64,000 bases of DNA. It comes from Heptranchias perlo (taxonomy: Eukaryota). Under the pieces are notes generated by a model that saw only the letters and a program-made list of their open reading frames with translations, did no database searches and had not been told where the DNA came from. Numbering within the stretch: position 1 is the stretch's first letter; each line of letters begins with the position of its first letter. The stretch is taken from NCBI RefSeq assembly GCF_035084215.1, contig NC_090358.1:16058001-16122000 (forward strand). The letters are read 5' to 3'. Positions 41,601 to 56,600 of this stretch are shown here, one piece after another. A program made the position numbers and the translations under genes.

Positions 41601-44600
41601 ATTCACCTATACCTTGGGCTTTGGTGGTGTACAGATGTACAACAATAGAGTCACTGGCTGCCAGTTCCAGGTCAATGAAGCTAAACTACAACTTTTAAAC
41701 TTGCAGCAGTTTCATCTGTGTCACCATTTCTGAATCTTTTGCAAATAATTTTCATTTTAGGGTCCATGAAATAATAGCACATTGTCTTCTGAACAATATT
41801 TGGAGGAGGGGAAGGTGCATTTTGTACTCAAAGATTATGGAATGTTATCAAGTACAATTATGTCATAACCATAATAACAGAACAGACAATAGTGTGCAGT
41901 TATGAGGCTGTAAATAACATTCATTTCATTCCTGTTGGAGAAATTTTGATGCAATTGTTTAATGCAATTCAGTTCTCTTTAACTGCTTCACTGCAGAGTT
42001 TATTAAAAACTCTGAATATATTAAAAGTGTAGTAAAAAAACCCAAAAAATCTCACCCTGGATTTTTCTGGGATTAGGAATTGAATTAATGGGGTAGAGTT
42101 TGACTGCAATAGTTTAAAACAGATGATAGCGAATCAGCAGTCCGTTTTACATCTCTCCTGATTTTTGTTTCTATTGAATCAATGCAAATAAAAATCAGGA
42201 GATATAAAACAGGTTGCTGACTCGCTATCACCTGCCATCGCACAAAGTCAAAATCTACCCCGATGTCTTTTCTTAGGGAGTTAAACTATTAGATACTCTG
42301 CAGGTAGTACAGCAGTAACATCAGCAGGTACATCGATGGTAAAATGATCACAGACATTGTGAGTTAGCAGGCTGTGTACCGACTTACCCTCATTTCATTT
42401 GTGAGTTGTTTCATTCTCTCCTTCATTCCACTGAACTCGCCAAACATTTGCTGTCTGACTTTCTCCAGTGAATGTCTCATCTGAATATAAGGCAAACAAA
42501 CAATACATCAAAATGTGATAGAATTCTACTGCAACTGAGCACCACTTTCTAAACCAATCACCCATTCTTCACTGTAACTGGCTTTATATCTGCAATTTTC
42601 TCTCAGCCTTTTCCAAAGTTTTTCTTTATTAATTTGTGGATAAACCCAGGGGGTGATTCTGTGCTCGGAGAGACTCCGGATCAGAGAATCAGGGTTACAA
42701 TGTTCTAGCTGTATCTCCAAGCCATACTCCCAGTGAACGCAACTTCCTGCTGGGAGGGTAGGATCACCCGTATAGAGTCCCTATTAACTGGTATATGGAC
42801 ATCCCTACTGGACATCTCCACGCCAATTCATCACCATGCTAAAATGATTTCATAACCCTGATTTCCAGGTACATTGTGCCCAGAAAAAAAATCCTCTGAG
42901 TACACTGGTACTTCCCATTTAAGGAAACCCAATGGGAAGGAATCATAAAACTTCCTGCAATATGCAGTAAATCTCACATCAGTAGCAAGACCAACACCAC
43001 TGAGAACAGATTAACTGGCCAGTCACCTCATTGCTGTACACAAAATGGCTGTTGCGTTCACCAACATAGCATTAGCGGCTGTATTTCAAAGTAACTCATT
43101 AAATGTGAAAGTCCTTTGGGATGTTTCTGAGAGAGCTGATAAGATGCTATATAAATGCCACCCCTTTCTTCCTAATATAATGATCATTGTGTAGAGTATA
43201 GCAGGATTTAGCCCATTTCTTCCCTATAGACCCTTTCAATTTTTCCATTTATATTTCATTCTGTCACTAAAGAAAGAAGAAAGAAAGAACTTGCATTTAT
43301 ATAGCGCCTTTCATGACTTCAGAACATCCCAAAGCACTTTACAGCCAATTAAGTACAGATTCAGAACAAAATAGAATTATTGGGCCGCAGGAGGGCTATA
43401 AGGCTGGAAGAGGTTACACAGATAGGGAGTGGTGAGGCTATGTTATGACAGGAATTTAAAATTGGAGGCATTCGATAACTGCGAGGCAATAGTTGAGCGA
43501 GCACAGGAGTGCATTTATATAGCGCCTTTCATGACTTCAGAACATCCCAAAGCACTTTACAGCCAATGAAGTACTTTTGAAGGTCGCTCAAACAGCCATG
43601 AGATAAACAAACAGCACTCGGGCCAGGATGTGTAATATTGTTGTAGATTTTATAGAATTTTCCCTTTTCAGGACCCTTGTTTCGTCTTGCACTGACGCAC
43701 TTCAGCCAAAAGTGTAGGGTGGCCCTGACTGCAGACTCTCCATAGTTGCCGTCACATCACATTGAGATTGACCAACCTGCTTTGAGGGGAAAGTAACATC
43801 AGTTTGTCTTCCCTGAGTTGATGTGAATTGCTGTCATGTAACTCATCACCCAGTGGCCTGGCCAAAAACTGGTGGAACTGACTCATGGTCGAGCAGCTGA
43901 ACATCACATCACTAAGAATCAAATTCAGGATGGGGTTTGAAGTGCAATTCACTTGGGTCCCTTTTGAATTTTTTGTAGGTTTTAACAAACTGAACAAAAA
44001 CATGCCCATCAGTCATGCAAACTGAATGTTGTCAGGGAATATTAACTATCTCACCTCCGTAATGTAGTTCATTTCCTCTTTCAGTTGGTTAACTGACCAT
44101 TCATACACAACCACCTCAGCCTTATTATCATCAGCTCGCTGCACCACTCCATATATCGTGCCCTGAGGAGATGCCTCTGAACCCATGCCATTGGAAAGAT
44201 GCTGCAAAAAGTAACATGGCATTTAGTTACTTCAGCATTTCAAGGTCGTGCGGGGAAAGATTTATTTTGTGTGCAGCAACATCATTCTTTATAAATGTAT
44301 TTATGATTTCCTTAACTAGAGAAAATCTCACCCATGTGTTGTCACTGCACAGTTACTGCAAGGGCACTTGACTGAAAAGTTAGCAAACTCAAGTCAGCTC
44401 AGCATATGAGACTGGTAAAGTTCCAAGAGCTAAGCAGTGGCAAAGGAGACAACAGACTCCGAGACCTCAATAATTAGGCGGGGATGGTGGAGTGCTTTTA
44501 CAGCAACTTACATTCCTATAGCACCTTTCAACATAGCAACAGAGCTGAGGATCAGAATAGAGATGGAGCAAGAGAGAAATTAAGGGAGGCAGCTGAAGGA

Positions 44601-47600
44601 ATGCTCGAAGAGGTAGGTTTTAAGAATATTTTTGGAAGATGGGAGAGCTTTAGAAATTGTGGAGCGATGAAAATCAGGGAGGAGCAAGAGGCCAGAATTG
44701 GGGGAGCGCAGAGATTTTGGAGGCTTGTAAGGCTGGAGGAGGTTACAGAGATAGGGAGGGGTGAGGCCATGGCGGTTCTTGAAAACAAGGATGAGAATTT
44801 TAAAATGGAGGCGATGACGGAACGGGAGCCAATGTAGGTCAGTGAGCACCGGGGTGACAGGTGAGTGAGACTTGGTGTAGAGTGCAGCTTGGGAGGCTGG
44901 TGAGCAGGGTATTGAAAAAGGCATGAATGAGGGTTCCAGCAGTAGTGAGGGTGAGGTGAGAGATGGAGATGGGAATATGCAAAAATGTTAGAAGAGTTCT
45001 CAAAATGTTAAACTCTGAAATATAGTGCTGCATTCTTATACACAACCATCCCATGTTTTGTGACAGGTGGAAATTTAGGTTTTGCAGAGAACCAGTGATC
45101 GGCAAAGAGCAGCAGGAAGAGATTTAGAGTGACTGACAGGAAGCGATGAGAAATGGGAGTGTTTAAGCCAACGGAAGGGAGCGGCAGAGCGAACAGGAGG
45201 ACATGCTGATAGAAGGACGTGTGCCTTTTATTCACTAGAGTCACTAACCAATACTGGTGGTTCTGTCCTGTTACTTTCAGGATGGGTAAATCCATTGCGT
45301 TTCCTATGATGTCCTGCATTTGTTTTTTCTTCCTGGAACAAGTAAGAAGTTTGACTGGGATGTTAAACGTGTTGAAAACACATTGGTTAACTTTAAATAT
45401 CATTTCTTCTTCGCTCCTTTCAAACCAGATATAAGCCAAAAAAAAATTCCTAATATAAAATATCAAAACCATCAAATATTATAAACTGCATCACTGAAAA
45501 AAATATTGATCGTTATTATACATTTATTTCAGCACTCAGAAGTTTAAAAAAATGCTCAGAGTGCACAGGAGCATACTCTAAATTCTCAAATTGTGTAACA
45601 GGAATGAAATATTTTAGTAAATGTTTACTGGCTTGTGCTTGTCTTATTAATTGTAATGTCCACAAAAGACTCTTGTTGGAGGGATTAACATTACAAGCTT
45701 TGTGACCATCCCACTTTATGACACATTCCATTTTTTAAAAATTCGTTCATGGGATGTGGGCGTTGCTGGCAAGGCCAGCATTTATTACCCATCCCTAATT
45801 GCCCTTGAGAAGGTGGTGGTGAGCCGCCTTCTTGAACCACTGCAATCCATGTGGTGAAGGTTCTCCCACAGTGCTGTTAGGAAGGGAGTTCCAGGATTTT
45901 GACCCAGCGACGATGAAGGAGCGGCGATATATTTCCAAGTCGGGATGGTGTGTGACTTGGAGGGGAACGTGCAGGTGGTGTTGTTCCTATGTACCTGCTG
46001 CTCTTGTCCTTTTGGGTGGTAGAAGACGCGGGTTTGGGAGGTGCTGTCGAAGAAGCCTTGGCGAGTTGCTGCAGTGCATCCTGTGGATGGTACACACTGC
46101 AGCCACTGTGCGCCGGTGATGAAGGGAGTGAATGTTTAGGGTGGTGGATGGGGTGCCAATCAAGCGAGCTGCTTTGTTCTGGATGGTGTCGAGCTTCTTG
46201 AGTGTTGTTGGAGCTGTACTCATCCAAACAGGTGGAGAGTATTCCATCACACTCCTGACTTGTGCCTTGTAGATGGTGGAAAGGCTTCTCTGCACTGCCT
46301 CCAGTGCTTGAATGTCTTCCTTGTGTCTCCGTGATCAGAACGTCACACTGTACCCACGGTGTGGTCTGACCAGAACACTGTACAGTTTCATCACAACTTC
46401 CTTTGGCTTGTATTCTACTCTTTTGATTATATAGTTCCATATTTAATTGGCTTTGTTGATTGCTGCTCTGGTTTTCAGTGATTATGTATCATCTCTGAAA
46501 CAAGCCACAGAAAATGGGAAGCCCTGGGGAGGGAAGCCCTGTCCTTATTTCCATAATGTTTACATCCTTAACGAAGCCTGTGCACCTACAGGCACCAGTG
46601 CAACTCAGATAGAAAATAACAGGCCGTGCACTGCCCACACACTTTTGGGGTAATGATGAGTCCCTCAAATTTTCAACCCAACACCCCCCCTTGCGTTCCT
46701 CCCTCTCCCTTACCCGTGTAGGGTTCAAAACCCCTTTAACAAAAGACATTCGAAGAAAAGGTTTAACTGTCCCCTTTTAAACAAAGGCATTTGAAAACTG
46801 CAAACACAGTAATGTGGTAAACTGTGTTTTTGCAAATCCCATTTTTCCCGCAATGACGCTGATGGCATTAGAGAAGTATGAGTTTCAGGATCGAAGATTT
46901 TAAACTGCGGATAGATATCTAGATTGTTCAATATATAAGCTAGATGGATCATAGTCATCTTAAAGTGATATCAGGCTTTCAAAACATATAGGCTTTTGGA
47001 AACACAAGTTTTTCAACACAGCAGGGGGTAAGGTAAGAAAGGGCATACATCAAAGGCTTCGGGTCAGGAAAGCAATGATAGGTATGAAAAAGCATGGGCC
47101 TCTCGTTTCTATCTGCTAATCTCTTCAAAAAACTGGGATTTGTAAAACATTAAATAGTATTGCATCCAGCATATAGTCAAATGGTATAAGGAATGGATTT
47201 GAAGCCATTGAAACAATCAAAATTGGAGAGATCAGGACCAATAAGAATATCTGGGCATAGAAATGTAAGAGGCTATCTCTACATGAAAGGCCATAAACAA
47301 AGACAGTAAAAGGGCCTTTTACAATCCATGGTTCGAGCACATGGTCTTTTCCACATCAAAAGGGTCTCCGGTCACATGATCAAAGCCTAAACTGTCAATC
47401 ATTGAAGTACGTTAATGATTGAGGCATAGCAACAGGGAACAATTGGACAAAAAGAATGACCCTCCCCAATCCCATTTCCTATTGGTAAAAAAAAACAATA
47501 TAAAAAGACTTTGAGAGAAGAACAGCCTCTTCACCACCCGGCAGTCACAAGGAACGCATACTGCAGTTGAATATCACACAAGAAGAAGAGAAGCTCGAGG

Positions 47601-50600
47601 ACTGAAGAGCTGATCAACCTTCAGGCCCAAAGAGCAAAAACTTTGGTTTAAAGGTTGTTTATGCATTAATGACTAGTCTGGTGTGTGTATGAATTGTTAA
47701 GTCATTACATAATAATGTTGTGAATTATTACGTGTATAACGGGATTTTATAGAGGAAAGTCATATGTATGGTTTGATATTGCTTCATGAATGCTCGTATG
47801 AATGATAACATCATTAAATAATTACTTTTGATTAACAAAACTACCATGAGTGAAGGTGACTTTCTTTGCTTGACTATTCTCCTGTTGTGGGATAACATGA
47901 CCTTTTGGAGGGAGAGCAATAAGGAATTCCCTACACCTAATGGAAAGTTTCCACTTTGGGTCCACTAGTAGCACCGGGATTTTGATGTGGTGTGATGTGC
48001 AGCACTGAACCATACAGGCTAGGAAGATAGTAGATATGGGCACTGGACTGTGCAGAGTTAACTCAACTCACCAGTGGTAGCACCATATTTGGTTCAGCAA
48101 TGCAAAGCTGGAATGGGAAAAAAAAATCAGCCCAGGACTTGCTCTCCTGAAAGCAACTCAGTAACACCTGGTGGAATATTTGTGTGTGCACATCACATAA
48201 GGACAGGATTGTACTTTTTTGATGGTCCCATGAAGGAACATCTGGTCAACACTCATTAGGTAAACTCCTATGTACAGCATGTCCATTTGTGTGCCAACAC
48301 CCATTGAACTGACCCCAGCATCAGTCACTGCCCTCAGGAGAACTGGGGAGAAAAAACACAGTAATATCGATCCTAGTTTTTAAATCATCTTTTTAAACAT
48401 TATGCCTTTTTTCAGCTCTTACCTCAAAAGCTATTTCTTATCTTACTTCAAAAGTTACCTCAAATATTAACTCGAACACTACCTCAGACTTAACCTTGAA
48501 CCTTCCTGTACCAGCTGCATTATTGCCACCTACAATCTCATTGTCAACATTATCTGCACTAGCTCCTCCTTACCAGAGCTACCTTACGTTACTGAATGTC
48601 ACCTTTACTGTTGCACTGTTTGTGATACTAACAAGAATGAAGGCGTGTACAAGCGAAACTTTCCTTTCCTTGGTATGTAGGGAAGAGATAAAAACTTTCT
48701 TTCCTACATGTATATTCACCCTGGAAAATTACTTTCCAACTTCTCCATATTGCTCTCCCTCCAAAAGATCATGTTATCCCACAACAGGAGAAGTGTTTGT
48801 TGAGTTTTAGTCTGCCCACATTATTTATGAGTGGAAATATTTCCAGTACAAACACACAATGACCTTAAAATTAGACTACCATATAGATGTACAAACACTT
48901 TAAAGCATTTGTCAAATTTTGTTTGATAACGCTCCTGTGAAGCATCTTGGGACTTTTAACTACGTTAAAGGCGCTATATAAATGCAAGTTGTTGTTGATA
49001 TTCCTCTTCCTGCTATTTTAACGGAGACATTAACCATTTATATCAAGTGGGTTAACCCTCTATGAAAATAACGAACAAGGAAACTTCACACAAACACGTC
49101 AGGCTTTTGTACACTAATATCACACAGAGAAACTTTAAGTCTGACAGAGTTACAGGAGGTGATCGGATTGTAGGATTACAAAGCTGACACGAAAAGGCAT
49201 TGTAGCTTATTCAGATTGGGGTGAGTGGAAAGGAGAAATAATAAGAATAATTTAGGATATAAATATTATGAAGTACGAGTGGATGTCTTGTGGCATTGCC
49301 CACTGAGAGTCAGGACAAAGCGAATTTCCCTCAGTGCATCAGTGATGCTGTAGGTGGAGGAATGGGAATCTACAGCTCCTGGAGTTTATGAACCGCCATC
49401 TAGTGGTAAGAGTGTGCATCTGCAGGAAAGATTGTGTAGTCGCAGAACGGTGATGCCCAAATAAGGAGTGCATGACATACATAGCAAATTTAATGTATTA
49501 TATTGAAAACAGACGAGTGAATTAAGATAAAATACGTTCCTGAAAGTGGAGAGATCATGGTGAAAAGTGCTGTTTAGCCTCTGATGGTTCACCTGCTTCA
49601 GTCAGTAAGCAGATGAGCTATAGACAACAGGCAAGTTCTAGATTCATCCCTGGTCTGTGTTAAGTTAACTGATCTCAATGAGTGCAGTGGCCAAGGGTCC
49701 TGCAGAGGGGGAACTCAGCAAGGCCCCTGCCCCCGATGGATATACGACAACCCTTGCTGCAAGTGCATGATGTAGCCAGCAGACTGGATTGTGATGTCCC
49801 ACAATTGAATAGCTTATCGAGGTTCATTGTTTAGGTTCACGCTGTTTAGTGCGAATTAGGTTGGACACACATTAAAACCACTGATGTTTGCATGCCTAGT
49901 TATTCATTGTTATCAGTCAAACACAAGTCCATTATTTAATGTGTGAGGACATAGCATGGGTGAAACTCATGTCTTCACTGATTCTAACCAATGCCTTAGA
50001 TTCATGTCAACTTTTTTTACTAAAATTAGTATCATTCACATTTAAAAGGAACTTTAGTTGCCGGGATGTTACAATGTTGTGATGCTATAGCTATCAATTG
50101 AGAAGTAATCTAAATAATGTAATCCGTGATCAACAGCCTGTTTCTGTTGGTTCACAACGCAACTTCCTAGTGGCAGGTGGGACTTGCCATCGACACACGT
50201 CTCCAAGTCTATCCTTCCTTCTCAACCCAAAGATGGTTGTTAGTTCATGGCACAGACACACTAATGTTTAATTAATGGCTGCCTGGCAGTGATTCCACTA
50301 TTGGCACTGAAATTAACACAAAGTTAATGAGTACAGTACATCTCCCTCAATCTCACTTTACATCCTGTTCATGTGGGAAGGTTTAGTTCACTTTACATAC
50401 ATATTGCAGTATGCCTTTAATTATTCAAATATCTGATATGGCAGAATCGACGATTAGGTGGAGTCACTGCACGGGTTAAAAAAAAATTCTAGAGAAGGCA
50501 AAATATCTGGTCTTGCAAGTTTTCTTTTCTCATGATATCATCCCTTGTTTTGGTTATGGTCAGATAGAAAGAAGAATGATTGTAAATGCTCACCACATTG

Positions 50601-53600
50601 AACCTTGCTTTTCTTGTGTGTGGCGTAGTGCATTCAGTGATATAAATCCACTGTACTGGCAAAACCAGATTAACGCCTTTGAACTGGTAGTTGTTTAGAA
50701 GGGATCTGATAGACGGGTGTCTGAGCTAGCTCCCATAGTTTACGCCATTGAATCCTCCTTATCTCGATAGCAGGCTCTTAGATCCATGAAAAATTTGGTC
50801 TATGGGTCTTCCGCCAGGATAAAGGAGACAGGTTTAGTAATGTAAACGGCGGAAACTGGTTCCTGGAAGTCCCAGAATCCGAACGTAAACAGCATTAGGC
50901 TACTTTAGACCAAATAAAACTGAACAGATTTCAAATAGTTTACAAACTGGGAGGAATGTACAGATTGGAAAGGACTGGGAAGCATTTGCACTGGTGCAAA
51001 TATCCCAAAGTGTATCCCTCTATAAATGAGCCCTGAGCTTGTGAAAGATGTGTGGACAGTGGTGTCTATGAACACACTTCTAATCCAGGCCTTTTCTGAG
51101 CAATTGCAGGATTTCAATATGCTGTTTTAATTCACTCCTGCACTTTAGAAGAGATGCTATAATTCTATTCCATGCTTATTTATGTGTTTGCTCCTATTTT
51201 AAAACTTTAATGTACAATCGACGAGTTTATTCATTAGGGCACATTCTTCTTCTGATGACTTCATTCATCTGCCAGAGGCCCTTCCTCGTGTGAAACAGAA
51301 GAATGTGTCAGAGATTGAGCTGGTCATGTCATACATGTAACCATGTCAATCATCAGATCGCTAAAGGAAAAGAAAGAACTTGAATTGATACGGCACCTTA
51401 TCATTCCCTCAGCACATCCCAAAGCACTTCACAAGCAGGGGATTTACTTTTGATGTGTCATCACTGTTGCTTTGCAGGCAAGTAAGGCAACCAATTTACA
51501 CACAGGTAGATTCTCTGAAAAACTTGCTTCTGTTGCTGTTCTTACCAATTAAATATCCTGTTTCAATTGTTCAAATGGATCTTCAAGGTCCTGTGGCACT
51601 GTTTGAAGAGCAGGAAGTTCCCCTGTTGTCCTGACCAACACCCAAACCAACATCACCAAGAGCAGGTTAACTGGACATTTATCTCATTGCTGTTTCTAGG
51701 ATCTTGTGTGCAAAATAACTTGACACATTTGCCTGTGAGATAACAATCGCTGCACTTTGGACTATTCTTGAAACAGGCGTAGCGTCCAGAGGTGTGAAGG
51801 GAGAAGTCTCGTGATCTCGTGACTCCCTTGCTTCTTCCAGGTACCCTGAAGACTTTGCAATCTGCAGAGTCCCACTACCAGGTGTCTTGAGGCACCCCTC
51901 TGTTAGGGTTCCCTATGGTGATAGCAAGAGGAAAGTGCCCGGGGCAGTGGGGGGGGGGTGGAAATCGGGAACATCCCCTCCTGCCTCATTAACATGCATA
52001 CATTGGGACCACCTCTACTGCAGGCTCAGGCCCAGGACACCCAGGAGCATCGTGAGGGCGGAGACCTGATGTAACCCATCTCCAGCCACATTTTCTTGTT
52101 GTTATATCAGGGATCTGAATGTTCCCCAGGCACAACAAAGAGGAAAATCAACCCCATTATCTTCAAACCTCTCAAGAACCGTAACAATCACCAACTCTTC
52201 TGATGACTTTCAAATAATGAGCTCACATAATGAATTTTCAACATACACCTGTAGCATCATAACTCTAACACCTCTAGTCTTCAAGGTGCAATTTTTTATA
52301 TCTGTACAATACAGTTATCACACTTAGCACTTCAATCTTACAAGTGAACTAAAGACGTTTACTGCATAGAAGGAGCCCACTCAGCCCATCTGTTTTAATT
52401 CATTGCCAGCGCAATCCAAAACCAGTCCCACTGCTCTACTCTCTCCTTAGACCTGTATCTTCCTCTGCTTCAAAATATTTATTTACTTTACCCTTAAAAC
52501 GTGCAATGGTCTCTATCTCGACTACTCCATGTATCAAAGGATTCCATGCTCCAACCACCCTCTCAGTAAAGAAATTTCTTCTAACCTGTTCCTTCTCTCA
52601 TCTGGTGACAGTTTTAAATTGATGATCTCTCCTCACTCACTCCATCCACAACCAGAGAGAATGGTCTTTCCTCTTCATAATTTTAAAAACCTCTATTAAA
52701 TCTCCTCTTAGTCTTCTCTGCTCCACTTATAACTTGTTTGATTTTGCAGAAACCCCTCCATGTTCTTAAAAGTCTCTTTTGGCATTTGATATCCTCCATT
52801 TAACTTCAGCCTTGTGATGTTTTTACACCACCCAAGTAAAAAATCTCCAAATTCTTCTCTTTGAGATCAATATTTTGATGGTCCTCTTTTTTGTGAAACC
52901 ACGGACTTCGTCACTGACAAGGGATTATACACATCAACAAATTATTTCTGGGTTAATCAAGATTAAGTTGTGTTACAATAAAAAACAAGTCCAACGAAAA
53001 GGATCCTGATTACAGTCTACAAAACATACTGATTTAACAGTTGTATTTTATTTTTTCGTGTACCTTAAGTACAGTTTGTTCCAAATAAACCAAAATGTCC
53101 TGTCACTGACAGGTTATTATGGCGACCACTTTATCACATAGAAGAGAGCAGGGGAACTCAGATATTGACTGAAACTGGATTTTGCCAGTATCCCTAAGCC
53201 CCTGTGCGTACTTGCTTGCAGTGCACACATGTATTGCAAATTGTGGGATGATCCTCCTGAGATTGGTGATTGATAGGTGTTTTAGTAAACTAGTCTCATT
53301 TGTTATTCCTCACCCGTGTGATGGATGTAATGACCTGATTTTTCAGTACAGCCTCTTCTCTGGAGAAGGCAATGTTGCCACTCCAGTTAGGAGTTTACTG
53401 TCTCAGCCAGCTCAATGTCACTCAGCAAACCCCTTCAAGTGTTGTAAATCTGTGCTTTCTCCACAAATAGGAGCCATCATTCTTTTTAATAGAGACCTTG
53501 ACAAAGTTCCAAGATTCACCTTGTCCGCAGACTTGAAACTAAGGCTTTTCTGTTTATTAGGTTTGGCTCCTTATTATAATTGTCATTGTTTTGCAAGATC

Positions 53601-56600
53601 CTGCTCAGTATTGATTTTGCAGTTTTCAGAGAAAGTGCATTTCCTTTAACAGTTTGAAAGTTCTTTTGTTTTTACATTTTTAATGTTTATCAGACAATAG
53701 AACGAAAAAAAGGTGCAGGGGGAAGAGTATTTATCAAGTAATTAAATAAAGAAAAAAGTGTTGAGTTAGGGCTACCAAGTCCAACCACCTCCCCTTGACA
53801 TTCAACGGCATTACCATCGCCAAATCCATCATCATCAACATCCTGGGTGTCACCATTGACCAGAAACTTAACTGGACCAGCCACATAAATACTGTGGCTA
53901 CAAGAGCGGGTCAGAGGCTGGGTATTCTGCGGTGCCTGCCACTGATAGAACCATCCCATCCGCAAGATGTAACACCTTAAGGAGAGGATGAAGGATAAAT
54001 GGGGAGGAAAGAAAGAACCCACTTTCCAAAAAAAAAAATCCGTGCGCTACCCGAGCTTCATAGTCGGTGTACGAAGACAAAGCAGCTCTATATTTAAACA
54101 ACCGCAGAACTAATGACTGCCAGTATAACAAGGGTGGTTCCTCGATCCCACACTTCCAGTGACTGCTAACATAACAATAGCATTGACACATTTAAGGGGA
54201 AACTTGATGCTTCCACGAGGGAGTAGTGAACAGAGGGAGATGGGGGCAGGGTGGAAGAGGTAACTCGAGTTTAAATGGTGTGCAAACACAACGCTGTTCT
54301 AATTTAACCCTTTCCACATTACTAACAGCTGCCATTTTTGGATTTTCAGCCAAACAACCATGAGTGTGAGGTTTATCTCTTGGATCTGGTGGTCACGGCT
54401 GGGAGGATTTTGTCAATGTTCGGTTTATTCAATGGAGAAAATCGGGGAAAGATTCTTTGTTCTCAGAGGGTTCAGTTTTAAGGACCAATTGCGCTGAAAT
54501 GGTGAGCCTACTGAACTCCTTCGATAGTCCACATTGCCGGAGAGAGCTGCCGACCTCACTGCATCCTACAAGGCCAACTGCTGAAGATCATTCCCCGTGC
54601 ATTTCCCTGGAGAACATGAAATGCAATAACTGCCAGGGGATCGGATATTCCAGTGAGCAGAAGCTCCTAAATGGCTACTGCTCACATTTAATGCTACACT
54701 GTTTTATCAACCCAATATCTGCAATGAAAGATGGCCAAAGGAGGGTGGGCAGATCTGCCTCCTTTGATAAAGATAGCTTAGATGTCCTCCTGCAAAAGGT
54801 GCAGCAAAGGAGCGTAGCCATATTTGGGGCTGAGAGACACCCTCCTATACGCTACAATGTTTAGCAAGCATGGCAGCAGGTGGCATAGATAAGCCTGTTC
54901 CCTCTCAGAATGACATCTGTCCACCCCAATCAGCCTGCCAGGTAGCAGCCCTGAGCAATCAACCAGTGTGTCGTCCAAAAAACTAGTGGCAGCAACTAGG
55001 GTCAACTCCTGACTCAGTATAAGGAGGGACAATGGGCACAGGAATCCCATGGCACCTTACTGAGGAGCAGCAGGCTGCCACCACAATTACACTTCCCACT
55101 GAGTAAGAAATCAGAAGGAGCACTAGAGGAGGAAGCAGAAGACATAACATGCACTATCACCAAGGGGAAGCTCTGGGGAAAGGAAAGCTGATTGCATAAA
55201 CACACAACAGTAACAGGGAAATAAATCTGTTGCAATTTATTTCAATGTAGTTGTGAGAGTTTTTCAGAAAGGGCATATGAATTTAGGGGGGAAAAAATAA
55301 CGGGTATGTAGGATAGTCGAAGTGGATTTGATTGTAATAGATTGAATGGTGATTATAGGTCCACCATCTTGTGCTCAATATGATCAGACTGTTCACACAT
55401 TGGCCTGAGTCACAGAAGTCTAGAAACAGATCACCTTCCCACCTTATTGATCAGTTGGAGAATGACATATTTCAGAACTCAGCAAAGATTTTGTTTGTCA
55501 TAAATTAATGAAACTTTAAAAAAGTAAACAAAGAAATTTGTCCCTTAATATTCCTTAAAAACTCAATAATGGCTGATATCCTCAGAATCTATTCCAGGGT
55601 AGAAATGTTTGTACAAAACGTTTGAGGACTTTCTCTGCGGATAGTGACATGGTTAGCAGTTGGGTGTCAGAGCTCACTGTGTATGAATCAAATGATTACA
55701 CAAGGACTGTAATGTGGAGTTTGGAACAGCGCAGCAATGCTGGATGATGTTCAACTTTATGTCATCATGTTTGCTAAAGTCTATCTCACTGCACCTGGCT
55801 AGATAGGATTACTGCAAAGTACAAAAGGCAAGCCATTAACAAACCCATTCATGAGAGCACCTATTCTATTTCAAACATGTCCAAGAAAAATTTTCTTCTA
55901 CATGTAAATATTGGCTTGTAGCTCACTGCCCTGCTCATTCTACAGTACCTGTCTGTCTTTAACTCCATCACTTCGTGACTCAATAAATCATTTCAGCACC
56001 TGAAGCCATAGACTGATATATTTCAATATGCTTCAATTATTTGTGCCAGGAGAGTCCACTTTTTTTATTTTTTTAAATTGTTTAATTTGATGACTAGAAT
56101 ACATTTTGTTTTAAAAGATGGGACTCCTTCCCTCTAAATGTATTTATTCACTTATGCAGCATACATATGTACATATTTCACTTATGCCTGAGAGGATAGT
56201 TAACCTGCCACCAGCTCTTCTGAAACCAGCATGTGTATCAGAGTGGACTTGGACAATGCTTTGATTTTTCCCACCCTTCAGCAAGTATTTGTCCTCCACG
56301 CAGTGCATCCCCACAGTTGCATGGCTCAAAGCAAGAGCTCAGGATGTAGAGAACTGCACCATAAACCCGGATCCAATTGCTCTACTTGTGACACTTCTAG
56401 AGCTCCAGTGAACGTCAACACCAGCAGTAGTCTCCCAATTGCACCTCCTTTCACATGTACAAGGTGGTGTACATTAACCGTGTGTTCAAAAATACTGGAT
56501 TAACATATCCAGAACAATTTTCTGGATGAACATATCCAGAGGAATTTTCCAGATTTCCCCTTAATCGGCCTGGGATCTGTTTTTTTGCCTCTCTCAGGAG

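Noticed and set aside
53182-54864. ORFs of 155 aa and 135 aa as a nested gene in MYZAP intron 2
   Set aside because: No recognisable domain, non-ATG starts, no supporting exon structure
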